A DNA stretch of 56,790 bases from Burkholderiales bacterium (GCA_035689325.1 DASSLQ010000107.1:1-56790); one strand, 5' to 3'; numbered from the stretch's first letter, positions 1 through 9,969 are shown. The notes: generated by a model from the sequence alone, not told the origin. A program made the numbers and translations.

Positions 1-12
1 AAGCGCACGCCG

Positions 13-1437
13 ATGCCGGAGCAGCCGGCGCGCGAGCGGGCGAAGAACTTCAGCGAGGTGGCGTGCGGCTACTCGCTCGAGGACGCGCTGCGCGAGTCCG
101 AGCGCTGCCTTCTCTGCCCCGACCCCACCTGCATCGAAGGCTGCCCGGTGAACATCGACATCTGCGAGTTCATCCGCAAGATCGGCGAGCAGGATTTCAA
201 GGGCGCCTACGACATCATCAGCGCGACGAACCTGCTGCCCGCGATCTGCGGCCGCGTCTGCCCGCAGGAGAGCCAGTGCGAGGAAGTCTGCACGGTCGGC
301 GAGACGCTCGAGCCGGTCGCGATCGGGCGCCTCGAGCGCTTCGTCGGCGACCGCGCGATCGCCGAAGGCTGGGCCGCGACGCCTTCCATCGAGCCGAACG
401 GCTTTCGCGTCGGCATCGTCGGCTCGGGCCCCGCCGGCATGGCCTGCGCCGCCGACATGGCGAAGGCGGGCTGCGAGGTCACCGTGTTCGAGGCGTTCCA
501 GGAGCCGGGCGGCGTGCTCAAGTACGGCATCCCGGATTTCCGCCTGCCCAATCCCGTGATCGACGCCGAGATAGAAAACCTGCGCAAGCTCGGCGTGAAG
601 TTCGAGTGCAACACGCTCGTCGGACGGCTTTTCACCATCGAGCAGATGATCGACGAGATGGGCTATCACGCGGTCTTCATCGGCACCGGCGCCGGTTACC
701 CCTCGATGATGGGCATCCCCGGCGAATCGCTGAACGGCGTGCTTTCCGCCAATGAGCTGCTGACGCGCTGCAACCTGATGCGGGCGCGCGACTTCCCCGA
801 CTTCGACACGCCGCTGCCGGCAGGCAAGAGCGTGGCGGTGATCGGCTCGGGCAACACGGCGATGGACGCGCTGCGCGTAAGCCTGCGCCTGGGGGCGCCA
901 AGCGTGCACTGCATCTACCGGCGCTCGCGCGCCGAGAGCCCGGCGCGCGCGGAAGAGCTGCATCACGCCGAGGAAGAAGGCATCCAGTTCCACTGGCTCA
1001 CCAACCCCGTCGAGATACTGGACGACGGCAAAGGCAACGTCCGCGCCATGCGCTGCATCCGCATGGAGCTCGGCGAGCCCGATGAATCCGGCCGCCGGCG
1101 GCCGCTGCCGGTGAAGGGCAGCGAGTTCGAGTTCCCGGTCGACATCGTGGTCTACGCGATCGGCACCAACGCCAACCCGATCATCGGCCAGACCTGCAAG
1201 CTGAAGCTGAACAAGCGCGGCTACATCGAGACCGACAAGGAGTTCGCCACTTCGATGGCCGGCGTCTTCGCCGGTGGCGACATCGTGACCGGCGCCGCCA
1301 CCGTCATCGAGGCGATGGGCGCCGGCCGCAACGCTGCGCGCAGCATGAAGCGCTATCTGGGGCTCGAGGCCGTCGGCCACGAGCCCATGTTCGGCATTCC
1401 CGCCGGCCAGAAGAATTTCGCCCGCATTCGCGCATGA
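13..1437 (+). CDS. GltD-family NAD(P)H-dependent FeS flavoprotein (glutamate synthase small-subunit-like); probable NAD(P)H-coupling partner of the adjacent 2-oxoglutarate oxidoreductase
   Basis: 474-aa ORF. N-terminal Cys clusters CLLCPDPTCIEGCP and CGRVCPQESQCEEVC. Two dinucleotide folds (VGIVGSGPAGMACA, VAVIGSGNTAMDA). Stop overlaps the next start (ATGA at 1434-1437). Confidence 0.8.
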   Translation: MPEQPARERAKNFSEVACGYSLEDALRESERCLLCPDPTCIEGCPVNIDICEFIRKIGEQDFKGAYDIISATNLLPAICGRVCPQESQCEEVCTVGETLEPVAIGRLERFVGDRAIAEGWAATPSIEPNGFRVGIVGSGPAGMACAADMAKAGCEVTVFEAFQEPGGVLKYGIPDFRLPNPVIDAEIENLRKLGVKFECNTLVGRLFTIEQMIDEMGYHAVFIGTGAGYPSMMGIPGESLNGVLSANELLTRCNLMRARDFPDFDTPLPAGKSVAVIGSGNTAMDALRVSLRLGAPSVHCIYRRSRAESPARAEELHHAEEEGIQFHWLTNPVEILDDGKGNVRAMRCIRMELGEPDESGRRRPLPVKGSEFEFPVDIVVYAIGTNANPIIGQTCKLKLNKRGYIETDKEFATSMAGVFAGGDIVTGAATVIEAMGAGRNAARSMKRYLGLEAVGHEPMFGIPAGQKNFARIRA

Positions 1438-3314
1438 AAAAGACAGAAACGCTCAGGGAACACATCATCGAGATCATCAGCGACTCCGGCGAAGGCGCGC
1501 AGCGCTGCGGCCAGTCGCTCGGCTCGATCGCCGCCCGCATGGGTAACGGCATCTGGACGGTCGAGATCATCCCGGCCGAGATCCGCCCGCCGGCAAGATC
1601 GGTGGCCGGGGCGAGCGGCAACCGCATCCGCATCGGCGCCGGCCCGATCACCAACGGCGGCGACCGCACCGATCTCGCGGTCGCGTTCAACGAGCAGGTG
1701 CTGCTCGGCCGCGTGCGTGCCGGCGAGCTGAAGCCCAATGCGATCATCCTGCTCGAATCCCTGTGGCGCAGCCACAAGGATCCGCTGATCCGCGCTTCGT
1801 ACACCGAGACCGTGACCAAGCTGCTCGCGGCCGGCTATCGCCTACGCGAGATCCCGATGGACGCCGAGTGCCGCAAGCTCGGCCTCGCTCCCGAGCGCGG
1901 CAAGAACATGTTTGCGCTCGGCATGCTGCTCAGCATCTACAGCCTGGACCTGCAGCTCGGGCGCGAGCAGATCGCGCTCACCTTCGGCAAGAAGGACAAG
2001 CAGGTGATCGAGTCGAACGTGAAGCTGCTCGAAGCGGGCCATGCCTGGGCGGAAGCGCAGCTCGATTTCAAATACCGGATTCCCGCCACGCGCCCGACCG
2101 AGCCGAAGATCGTCGTCAACGGCAACACCGCGCTCGCGCTCGGCGTGCTCGCCTCGGGCATGGAAATCTGCGCGATGTACCCGATCACGCCGGCCACCTC
2201 GGCGTCGCACTACCTCTCGGACGTCTTCGAGAAAGTGGGCGGCGTCGTGCACCAGGCCGAAGACGAGATCGCCGCATGCACGTTCGCCATCGGCGCCTCC
2301 TACGCCGGCAAATGCGCCGTGACCATCACCTCCGGTCCCGGCTATTCGCTCAAGCAGGAAGCGATCGGACTCGCCGTCATGGCGGAGATCCCGCTGGTCG
2401 TGGTGAACGTGCAGCGCGGCGGTCCGAGCACCGGGCAGCCGACCAAGGCCGAGCAGGGCGACTTGCTCACTGCCATCTACGGCAGCCACGGCGACGCGCC
2501 CAAGGTGGTGATGGCGGCGAGCACCATCGAGGACTGCTTCTATTCGGTCATCACCGCGCGCAAGCTCGCCGAGACTTTCAATATGGTCGTGGTGGTCCTG
2601 ACGGACGCCAACCTCGCCACCTCGCAGCAGCCCTTCCCGCGGCCGAAGTTCGACCCGGCGTGGATCGCGCCGCCGGCCGAGCAAAGTCCGGTGCCCGAAG
2701 GCGTGCAGCCCTATGACTGGGAAGCGGCCACTGGCCTCGCGCGGCGTTTCATCCCCGGTCAGCCGCGCGGCATGCACGCGATCACCGGCCTCGCGCACGA
2801 CCGCGCGAGCCACGTCGCCTACGACCCGCAGATCAACGAGGAGGCCATCCACTTCAGGAGCCTCAAGCTCGCCGCGCTCCAGAAGACGCTGAAGACGCCG
2901 CCGATCCACGGCGAGCCGCAGGGCGACGTGCTGGTGATCGGCTGGGGCTCGACGCGCGGCGCGATCGAGGAGGCGGTGGACGCCTTGCGCGCGCAGGGCG
3001 CCAAAGTCGGCTCCATGCACCTGCGCTTCCTGCAGCCGCTCGCGCCGGGCATCGGCGAAGCGATGAAGCGGTTCAAGCACGTGATCACGATCGAAGGCAA
3101 CTGGTGCGACCGGCCCGAGGACGAGCTGATCGACGAATCGAACCGCCGCTACTCCGCGCTCGCGATGCTGTTGCGCGCGCGCTATCTGGTGGACGTCGAC
3201 TGCTGGAGCGAAGTGAAGGGCCAGCCGATCAAGCCCTCGACCATCGCCAATGTCGTCAACCGCAAGCTGAAAACAGGGACGGACCACGCTTTGGTCTCGC
3301 CGCAAGCGTCATGA
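1434..3314 (+). CDS. korA: 2-oxoglutarate:ferredoxin oxidoreductase alpha subunit (fused gamma/alpha type)
   Basis: 626-aa ORF with OFOR motifs EGAQRCGQSLG, MYPITPATSASHYL, TSGPGYSLKQE, VNVQRGGPSTGQPT. 4-nt overlaps with both neighbours. Confidence 0.85.
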   Translation: MKKTETLREHIIEIISDSGEGAQRCGQSLGSIAARMGNGIWTVEIIPAEIRPPARSVAGASGNRIRIGAGPITNGGDRTDLAVAFNEQVLLGRVRAGELKPNAIILLESLWRSHKDPLIRASYTETVTKLLAAGYRLREIPMDAECRKLGLAPERGKNMFALGMLLSIYSLDLQLGREQIALTFGKKDKQVIESNVKLLEAGHAWAEAQLDFKYRIPATRPTEPKIVVNGNTALALGVLASGMEICAMYPITPATSASHYLSDVFEKVGGVVHQAEDEIAACTFAIGASYAGKCAVTITSGPGYSLKQEAIGLAVMAEIPLVVVNVQRGGPSTGQPTKAEQGDLLTAIYGSHGDAPKVVMAASTIEDCFYSVITARKLAETFNMVVVVLTDANLATSQQPFPRPKFDPAWIAPPAEQSPVPEGVQPYDWEAATGLARRFIPGQPRGMHAITGLAHDRASHVAYDPQINEEAIHFRSLKLAALQKTLKTPPIHGEPQGDVLVIGWGSTRGAIEEAVDALRAQGAKVGSMHLRFLQPLAPGIGEAMKRFKHVITIEGNWCDRPEDELIDESNRRYSALAMLLRARYLVDVDCWSEVKGQPIKPSTIANVVNRKLKTGTDHALVSPQAS

Positions 3315-4279
3315 CCGAATACGCCAGCCAGTGCCTGCTGCGCCTGCACGACGAGCGCTTCGAGCTCGAGGACTACCAGAGCGGCGTGCCGCGCTGGTGC
3401 TCGGGCTGCGGCGACAACGCGATCCTCGCCGCCGTGCAAAAGCTCTGCCGCGACGAGTCGCTGCACCCGGAGAGGACGGTGTTCGTCTCCGGCATCGGCT
3501 GCTCGAGCCGCTTCCCGCACTACATGAAGACCTACGGCTTCCACGGCATCCACGGCCGCGCGCTGCCGGTCGCCGAAGGCATCCGCATGGCGCGGCCCGA
3601 CCTGCACGTGTTCGTGAACACCGGTGACGGCGACTGCTGCTCGATCGGCGCGGCGCATTGGGTGCACGCGGTGCGCTACAACATGAACATGACGGTGCTG
3701 CTGCACGACAACGAGATCTATGGATTGACGAAGAAGCAGGCGTCGCCGACCTCGCCGCGCGGCACCAGAAGCAACACCACGCCGCGCGGCAGCTACCTCG
3801 AAGGGCTGAATCCGCTCACGGTGACGCTCGGCGTGCAGAACGTCTCGTTCGTCGCGCAGGCGGTCGACTGGATCCCGGAGGTGCTCTACCAGATCGTCAA
3901 AGCCGCGTTCCACCACAAGGGCTTCTCGTTCGTGCGCATCCTGCAGCGCTGTCCCGAATGGCTGCCGGATCACTTCGAGCCCTACGTCAAGGACCCGAAG
4001 AAGACGCTGCTGCTCACGCACAAGGACGGCTTGCAGCTCTCCGAGGCGATCGCGCGCACTTACACGAACCGGCGCGAGCACGACCCGGCGAACCTGGCTC
4101 TCGCGCGCGAGAGCGCCTCGCAGCTGGACCCGATCCCCGTCGGCATCCTCTACCGCAACGAGCAGGTGCCCTGCTACGAGGACCTGCGCCGCTCGACCAA
4201 GCTGCGCACCGCCGAGTACATCAAGGCGGGCCTCGAAGCCGAGTTCGACAAGTTCACCGTATGGCCGCAGGCGGCCTGA
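3311..4279 (+). CDS. korB: 2-oxoglutarate:ferredoxin oxidoreductase beta (TPP-binding) subunit
   Basis: ATG at 3311 inside track ORF 3104..4279; the upstream part is Arg-rich overlap with korA. Motifs WCSGCGDNAIL, SGIGCSSRFP, NTGDGDCCSIGAAH, NEIYGLTKKQ. Confidence 0.85.
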   Translation: MTEYASQCLLRLHDERFELEDYQSGVPRWCSGCGDNAILAAVQKLCRDESLHPERTVFVSGIGCSSRFPHYMKTYGFHGIHGRALPVAEGIRMARPDLHVFVNTGDGDCCSIGAAHWVHAVRYNMNMTVLLHDNEIYGLTKKQASPTSPRGTRSNTTPRGSYLEGLNPLTVTLGVQNVSFVAQAVDWIPEVLYQIVKAAFHHKGFSFVRILQRCPEWLPDHFEPYVKDPKKTLLLTHKDGLQLSEAIARTYTNRREHDPANLALARESASQLDPIPVGILYRNEQVPCYEDLRRSTKLRTAEYIKAGLEAEFDKFTVWPQAA

Positions 4280-4280
4280 T

Positions 4281-6251
4281 ATGCATTCCGAGATCAACGC
4301 CCCGCTCGCCTTCCACCTGACCGGCATCAAGAGCGCCGAGCAGCTCGAGCCGCTCGAGAGCCTGGGACTGCGTCCGGCGCTGCTCGCCGCTTATCGTGAT
4401 CTCGCGAAGCTGCGCTACGACTTCCCGCTGGTGCTGCTCGCCAAGCCGGAGAACGGCGAGTTCGCCCAACCGCTTTGCGCGCTGGTGGACGCCGCGCTGG
4501 CGAACATCAAGGACGAGCGCGTGCGCACGCTGGCGCTGCGCAAGGAGCGCGAGATCCGTGCGCAGGCAGAGATCGAATCGCGGACGCTTGCGCAGCTCTG
4601 GACCGTCGCGCCGCCGCTCGGCGCCTCCGGGCACGTCGTCGACTGTGACGCGCGGCTGCCGGTGCGCTTCATCACCGCGGCGTGGAGCGCGGTGCAGGCG
4701 GAGAAGGCGCGCCGATTCCATGAAGAGGCGGAGCGGCTGATCGTCCAGCTCGAGAACATCCTCGCCGCGGCTCGCGCGCACTCCGACCAGGGACGGAGCG
4801 CCGAACGGCTTGCCGCCTCCCTCGCGGCCACCGACGACAGCTTCGATACGCAGGCGCTTTCGCGCCTGCTCTCCAGGGCATTGCCGGAGCGACGGCTGCC
4901 GCACTCGCGCGAGCGCCGCATCGGCGAGCTCCTGACGACGCTCACGACGCAACGCTTCTTCTCCGGCGGCCAGGGCGAGGAGCGCCCCTACAGCTTCGTC
5001 TTCTATAGCTGTGGCGCGGCGCGGCGCGCGCTGCACGAGCGCCGCAAGGCGGCAGTCGAGCTCGCGCAAGCGATGGCCGCGGCGCGGCTCGAAGTGAAGG
5101 GCGAGTACGTCGAGGGCGTGCATGATGCGCTGCTGCACGCGTTCGTGGACGGCGCGCTCGACCCCGCGCTCGCCCCCGACTACCTGGTGTGCATCAACTC
5201 GCAGAGCCTCAAGGTCCCTGCCGAGGCAAGCGGCCTGGCGGAGCTGCTCGAGAGCGGCCTGCCGGTCAAGATCCTGGTGCAGCACGACGACCTTCTCGAG
5301 AAGCGCACCGCGCTGTGCGCCGAAGCGCGTCTCGTAATGGGCATGGCGCTCGGCCTGAACGACGTCTTCGTCCTGCAGACGAGCGCGTCCAATCTTTACC
5401 CGCTGCGCAGCCGCGTGCTGCGCGGCATCGAGTATCCGGGCACTGCGCTCTTCAGCGTGTTCTCGGGCGGCTCCGGCCGCATCGAGGGAATGCCGCCCTA
5501 CCTGGTGGCCGCCGCGGCGATGGAATCGCGCGTTTTCCCGGCCTTCAGCTACGACCCCTCGGCGCGCGGCGAGCGCTGGGAGCGCTATTCGCTCGAGAAC
5601 AACCCGCAGCCCGACGCCGACTGGGTGCGCCACCGTCTCGACTTCGAGGACGGCGAGCACCAGCGCAGCTCCGAAGAGCTCGCCTTCACGCTGACCGACT
5701 TCGCGTCGCTCGACGCCCGCTTCGCCGGCTACTTCGCGGTCGCGCGGCGCGAGAAACTGAACGGCGCCGACGTGCCGACGCTGCGCATGGTCGACGCCGA
5801 GAACCGCCTGCAGACTGTGATCGTCGCCGAGCCGCTCGCGCGCGCGGCCGAACGCTGCCTCGACGCGTGGCGCGGCCTGCAGTCGCTCGCAAAGCGCCCC
5901 GCCGCGCCGGTAGCCACAGCCGCAGCGGCGCCGCCACCCGCGGCGCCTGCGCCAGCGCCTGCTTCAGCGCCGGCCGCGCCAGAGGCGGCAAAGGTGCCCG
6001 CCGGTGATGCGCCTTATATCGAGACGCCGCGCTGCACGACCTGCGAGGAGTGCGTGAAGATCAACAACCGCATGTTCGTCTACGACGCGAACAAGCAGGC
6101 CTTCATCGCCGATGCGAAGCGAGGCACCTATCGCGAGCTGGTCGAAGCCGCCGAGAACTGCCAGGTCTCCATCATCCATCCGGGCAAGCCGCTCAATGCC
6201 GACGAGCCCGGGCTGGACGAGCTCCTGAAGCGAGCCGAAGCGTTCCAGTAA
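4281..6251 (+). CDS. Unknown 656-aa protein with Ala/Pro-rich linker and C-terminal single-cluster ferredoxin-like domain
   Basis: ATG 1 nt after the korB stop. Linker PAAPVATAAAAPPPAAPAPAPASAPAAPEAAKVPAG (about 5893-6007). Tail YIETPRCTTCEECVKINNRMFVYD...AAENCQVSIIHPG. Confidence 0.6.
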   Translation: MHSEINAPLAFHLTGIKSAEQLEPLESLGLRPALLAAYRDLAKLRYDFPLVLLAKPENGEFAQPLCALVDAALANIKDERVRTLALRKEREIRAQAEIESRTLAQLWTVAPPLGASGHVVDCDARLPVRFITAAWSAVQAEKARRFHEEAERLIVQLENILAAARAHSDQGRSAERLAASLAATDDSFDTQALSRLLSRALPERRLPHSRERRIGELLTTLTTQRFFSGGQGEERPYSFVFYSCGAARRALHERRKAAVELAQAMAAARLEVKGEYVEGVHDALLHAFVDGALDPALAPDYLVCINSQSLKVPAEASGLAELLESGLPVKILVQHDDLLEKRTALCAEARLVMGMALGLNDVFVLQTSASNLYPLRSRVLRGIEYPGTALFSVFSGGSGRIEGMPPYLVAAAAMESRVFPAFSYDPSARGERWERYSLENNPQPDADWVRHRLDFEDGEHQRSSEELAFTLTDFASLDARFAGYFAVARREKLNGADVPTLRMVDAENRLQTVIVAEPLARAAERCLDAWRGLQSLAKRPAAPVATAAAAPPPAAPAPAPASAPAAPEAAKVPAGDAPYIETPRCTTCEECVKINNRMFVYDANKQAFIADAKRGTYRELVEAAENCQVSIIHPGKPLNADEPGLDELLKRAEAFQ

Positions 6252-6268
6252 CCGCGCAGGAGGCAGCC

Positions 6269-6282
6269 TTGACGTCGATCAA
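6269..6282. promoter_or_regulatory. Crp/Fnr-type box TTGACGTCGATCAA upstream of gltA
   Basis: Exact TTGA-N6-TCAA palindrome in the intergenic region. Centre is about 36 bp from the gltA ATG, a position more consistent with repression or a very short leader. Confidence 0.6.
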
Positions 6283-6311
6283 GACGCGCCCTTTCAAAGG
6301 AAAGAGACACC

Positions 6312-7622
6312 ATGGACACAAAATCAGTCAGGACCGCGGCCCTTAATTGCAACGGCACGTCGATCGAGTTTCCTCTGCTCGGCGGCAGCATCGGGCCGGA
6401 CGCGGTGGACATCCGCAGCCTCTACGGCAAGAGCGGCATGTTCACGTACGATCCGGGCTTCCTGTCGACAGCGAGCTGCAACTCGAAGATCACCTATATC
6501 GACGGCGATGCGGGCGTGCTGCTCTACCGGGGCTATCCGATCGAGGAGCTCGCGGCACAGTGCGATTTTCTGGAGACCTGCTACCTGCTGCTCAACGGCG
6601 AGCTGCCCACGCCGGCGCAGAAAACGCGCTTCGTCGGCGCGGTGCGGCGCCACACCATGGTGCACGAGCAGATGCAGTTCTTCATGCGCGGATTCCGGCG
6701 CGATGCGCATCCCATGGCCGTGCTGACGGGACTGGTGGGAGCGCTCGCCGCCTTCTATCACGACTCGCTCGACATCAATAACCCGCAGGACCGCGAGACC
6801 TCGGCGCTGCGCCTGATCGCCAAGATGCCGACGCTGGTGGCGATGTCGTACAAGTATTCCCTCGGACAGCCCTACGTCTACCCGAAGAACGACCTCTCGT
6901 ACACCGCGAACTTCATGCGCATGCTGTTCGCCACGCCGTGCGAGGAGTACAAGGTCAACGACACGCTGGTGCGGGCGATGGATCGGATCTTCATGCTGCA
7001 CGCCGACCACGAGCAGAACGCTTCCACATCCACCGTGCGGCTATGCGGTTCGTCGGGCACCAATCCGTTCGCGGCCATCGCCGCCGGGGTGGCGTGCCTG
7101 TGGGGACCCGCCCATGGCGGCGCCAACGAGGCCTGCCTCAACATGCTGCAGCGGCTGCTGGCGCAGGGCGGGGTGGCGAAGCTCGGCGAGTTCATCGCCA
7201 AGGTCAAGGACCCGAACTCGGGCGCGCGCCTGATGGGTTTCGGACACCGCGTGTACAAGAACTATGATCCGCGCGCGAAGCTCATGCGCGAGACCTGCTA
7301 TGAAGTGCTGGGCGAGCTCGGCCTGGCCGACGATCCGCTGTTCAAGCTGGCGATGGCGCTCGAGAAGGTGGCGCTCGAGGACGAGTACTTCGTGAGACGC
7401 AAGCTCTACCCGAACGTCGACTACTACTCCGGCATCGTGCAGAAAGCGCTCGGCATACCGGTGTCGATGTTCACCGGCGTCTTCGCGCTCGCCCGCACCG
7501 TGGGCTGGATCGCGCAGTGGCAGGAAATGATCACCGACCCCGAGTACAAGATCGGGCGGCCGCGCCAGCTCTACAGCGGCCCGTCGCGCCGGCCGGTGAC
7601 ACCGATCCACAAGCGCGGCTGA
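6312..7622 (+). CDS. gltA: Type II (hexameric-type) citrate synthase
   Basis: 436 aa. Collinear with E. coli GltA from the N-terminus ([37 protein letters not shown]; [14 protein letters not shown]). Confidence 0.9.
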   Translation: MDTKSVRTAALNCNGTSIEFPLLGGSIGPDAVDIRSLYGKSGMFTYDPGFLSTASCNSKITYIDGDAGVLLYRGYPIEELAAQCDFLETCYLLLNGELPTPAQKTRFVGAVRRHTMVHEQMQFFMRGFRRDAHPMAVLTGLVGALAAFYHDSLDINNPQDRETSALRLIAKMPTLVAMSYKYSLGQPYVYPKNDLSYTANFMRMLFATPCEEYKVNDTLVRAMDRIFMLHADHEQNASTSTVRLCGSSGTNPFAAIAAGVACLWGPAHGGANEACLNMLQRLLAQGGVAKLGEFIAKVKDPNSGARLMGFGHRVYKNYDPRAKLMRETCYEVLGELGLADDPLFKLAMALEKVALEDEYFVRRKLYPNVDYYSGIVQKALGIPVSMFTGVFALARTVGWIAQWQEMITDPEYKIGRPRQLYSGPSRRPVTPIHKRG

Positions 7623-7668
7623 GAGCCGTCCGCGCGGGCGCGCTGCCCGAGCGTCCTCCGAAAAAAGG

Positions 7669-8196
7669 ATGAGCGCCATCCTCATTCTCTATTCGACCGT
7701 CGACGGCCACACCGTGAAGATCTGCGAGCGCCTGGGCCGCATCGCCGAGCAGCGTGGCCACCGCATCAGCGTGGCGGCCCTGGAACACGCGTCCCGCATG
7801 GGACCCGAGGGGTTCGACAAGATCGTGATCGGCGCCAGCATCCGCTACGGCAGGCACCGCCCCAATGTGGCGCAATTCATGCGCGCGAACGCAGAGCTGC
7901 TTCGCTCGAAGCCGAGTGCGTTCTTCACCGTGAACATCGTGGCGCGCAAGGCGAACAAGAATACGCCGGAGACCAACCCCTACCTGCGCAAGTTCCTCCG
8001 GCAGCTCCGCTGGCGGCCGCGAGTGCTCGGCGCCTTCGCCGGCAAGCTGGACTATCCACGCTATGGCTTCTGGGACCGGCAGATCATCCGCTTCATCATG
8101 CTCCTCACCGGAGGGCCGACCGATCCGAAGGCGGTGGTGGAATTCACCGACTGGAGCGCGGTGGAGCGATTCGGGCAGCGGGTCAGCGAGATGTAG
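7669..8196 (+). CDS. hemG: Flavodoxin-like quinone-dependent protoporphyrinogen IX dehydrogenase
   Basis: 175 aa. ILILYSTVDGHT flavodoxin start, the long-loop region IVARKANKNTPETNPYLRKFL, and the DYPRYGFWDR motif typical of HemG. Confidence 0.8.
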   Translation: MSAILILYSTVDGHTVKICERLGRIAEQRGHRISVAALEHASRMGPEGFDKIVIGASIRYGRHRPNVAQFMRANAELLRSKPSAFFTVNIVARKANKNTPETNPYLRKFLRQLRWRPRVLGAFAGKLDYPRYGFWDRQIIRFIMLLTGGPTDPKAVVEFTDWSAVERFGQRVSEM

Positions 8197-8208
8197 TCCG
8201 GCGCGCGC

Positions 8209-9900
8209 TCACGCCGCCAGCCGTTGCAGCCCTTCGAGCGCAAAGCGCAGCACGCCGCTCACCGCGAGCGCCACGGCCACCGAGAGCGCGACCGAGGCGA
8301 GCGCCTGGCGGCGGCCGATGGTCTTGGTCATCACCGCGAAGGTGGAAATGCACGGCACGTAGAGGGTTAGAAAGACCAGGAACGTGAAGATCTGCGTCGA
8401 GCTGAGATACGCATCGACGGCGAAGCCGCCAAGCGCGGTATAGATCATGGCGAGCGAGAGTTCCTTGCGCAACACTCCGAAGAGGAGCGGCACACCGAGC
8501 ACGACCGGAAGCCCCAGCCACCACGCCGTCACCGGCGCGAGCGCGAGGTTGATCCAGCGGTCGGCGCCCCAGTGAGCGAGCAGCGCCAGCACCACGCTGC
8601 CGCCGACGAGGAGCGGCGTGACGATGGTGAGGATGTCCCGCGTGCGCAGCCAGGTCTCGCGCGCGAGCGCGCCCCAGCGCGGCGCCGCGTATCCCGGGAT
8701 CTCGAGGATCTGGCCCACGCTCTCGGCGGCGAAGCGGCGTCGCAGCAGGTGGCCCATGGCGGAGATCACCACGCCGGCCACGGCGAACACCGCGAACACA
8801 CCCCAGACGCCGAGATACTTGCCCGCAAGCGCCAGGATGATCGCCGAGCGCGCCGAGCACGGCACGAAGGTGACGAGGAGCGACGCGGTGGTGCGCTCGG
8901 CGCCCTTGGTGGTCGCCCCGACCGTAGAGAGCGCCGGCACATTGCAGCCGAGCCCGAGGAGGAGCGGCAGCGCCACGCCACCGTGCAGTCCCAGCCGGTG
9001 GAACACGCGATCGACGGCAAAGGCGATCCGCGCCATGATGCCGGTCTGCTCGAGCACGATGAGGAGCAGCACCAGCGGCACCATGTACGGTACGACGATG
9101 CCGATGAGCCCGACGAGGCCGTCGACCACCGCGCGCACCACGACACCGGCGGTGGTGTCGGGCTGCCAAGCCGACACCGTTGCGGCGAGCTGCGCCGTCG
9201 TCCTGGCATCGATCCATACGCTGACATAGAAGACCACGAACAGCACCGCGGCGAACACGGCAACGCTGCCGAGCAGTCCCCAGCGCGGGCTCAGGAATAG
9301 CTCGTCGAGCCAATAGCGCCAATCGCGGCGCTCGCGCACGCCGGCGGGACGCGTGGCGAGCTCGGCGAGCGCGGCCGCGCCGAGCGCAGGCTGAGGCACT
9401 GCCGGCGCTCGGCGCGCGGCGTCCGCGGCCGCGCCGAACAGCTCGCGTATGCCGTAGCCCATCGTCGCGATCGTCGCGACCACCGGCACGCGAAGTTGCC
9501 GCGCGAGCGCCCCGGTGGAGACGTGCAGTCCGCGCCGGCGCGTCTGGTCCATGCGGTTCATCACCAGCACCAGCGGTCGCCCGAGCGCGAGCAGCTCGAG
9601 CGTGAATTCGAGATGGCGCTCGAGCGCCGTGGCGTCGAGCACCTGGACGATCACGTCAATCGCCTGCGGATCGTGCGCTAGCCGCAGGCTCGGCACGCGA
9701 GTGATGCGCGCTTCGTCGAAGCCGATGTCGACGTCGCACTCGTCGCCGGCAGCGCCAGGGCGGCCAAGGCGCGTCGCCGTGCTTTCCACGGCGCGGAAGA
9801 TCGTGGTGGTGCCGGCGCCAGGCAGGCCGACGAGCGCGATGCGCAGGCGCTTCTCGCCCCTGAAGAGCGGCTGACGCAGCGGGACGCTGACGGCCTTCAA
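8209..9900 (-). CDS. feoB: FeoB-like ferrous iron transporter with degenerate N-terminal G domain
   Basis: 563 aa. Collinear with the E. coli FeoB G domain (VLDATALERHLEFTLELLALGRPLVLVMNRMD vs [32 protein letters not shown]) and polytopic gate regions. The P-loop reads GLPGAGTT (no Lys). Confidence 0.7.
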   Translation of the reverse strand: MKAVSVPLRQPLFRGEKRLRIALVGLPGAGTTTIFRAVESTATRLGRPGAAGDECDVDIGFDEARITRVPSLRLAHDPQAIDVIVQVLDATALERHLEFTLELLALGRPLVLVMNRMDQTRRRGLHVSTGALARQLRVPVVATIATMGYGIRELFGAAADAARRAPAVPQPALGAAALAELATRPAGVRERRDWRYWLDELFLSPRWGLLGSVAVFAAVLFVVFYVSVWIDARTTAQLAATVSAWQPDTTAGVVVRAVVDGLVGLIGIVVPYMVPLVLLLIVLEQTGIMARIAFAVDRVFHRLGLHGGVALPLLLGLGCNVPALSTVGATTKGAERTTASLLVTFVPCSARSAIILALAGKYLGVWGVFAVFAVAGVVISAMGHLLRRRFAAESVGQILEIPGYAAPRWGALARETWLRTRDILTIVTPLLVGGSVVLALLAHWGADRWINLALAPVTAWWLGLPVVLGVPLLFGVLRKELSLAMIYTALGGFAVDAYLSSTQIFTFLVFLTLYVPCISTFAVMTKTIGRRQALASVALSVAVALAVSGVLRFALEGLQRLAA

Positions 9901-9926
9901 ATGAGAGTCATTCCGGCTCGGGTGTC

Positions 9927-9969
9927 AAAAAAAAAGCACGCGGCTTTGGACGACCAGCAGGCGCGCGTT
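9927..9969 (-). terminator. Possible intrinsic terminator after the 2-oxoacid oxidoreductase operon
   Basis: On the minus strand an imperfect GC-rich hairpin (ACGCGCG...CGCGUGC) is followed by a run of nine U (A9 at 9927-9935 on plus). It lies 45 nt after the stop at 10014. Confidence 0.4.

Noticed and set aside
4317-4330. CTGACCGGCATCAA inside the 5-prime end of the 656-aa gene, and ATGAAGCGGTTCAA inside korA near 3062.
   Set aside because: Each has one mismatch and lies in coding sequence, so neither is listed as a regulatory feature. The first is mentioned only as a curiosity because it matches the 31946 box apart from one base.
5893-6007. GC-rich GCN/CCN-rich low-complexity stretch that could be mistaken for a tandem repeat or array.
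   Set aside because: It is in frame inside the 656-aa ORF and encodes an Ala/Pro linker. There is no regular repeat unit or spacer structure, so it is not a CRISPR array or VNTR.
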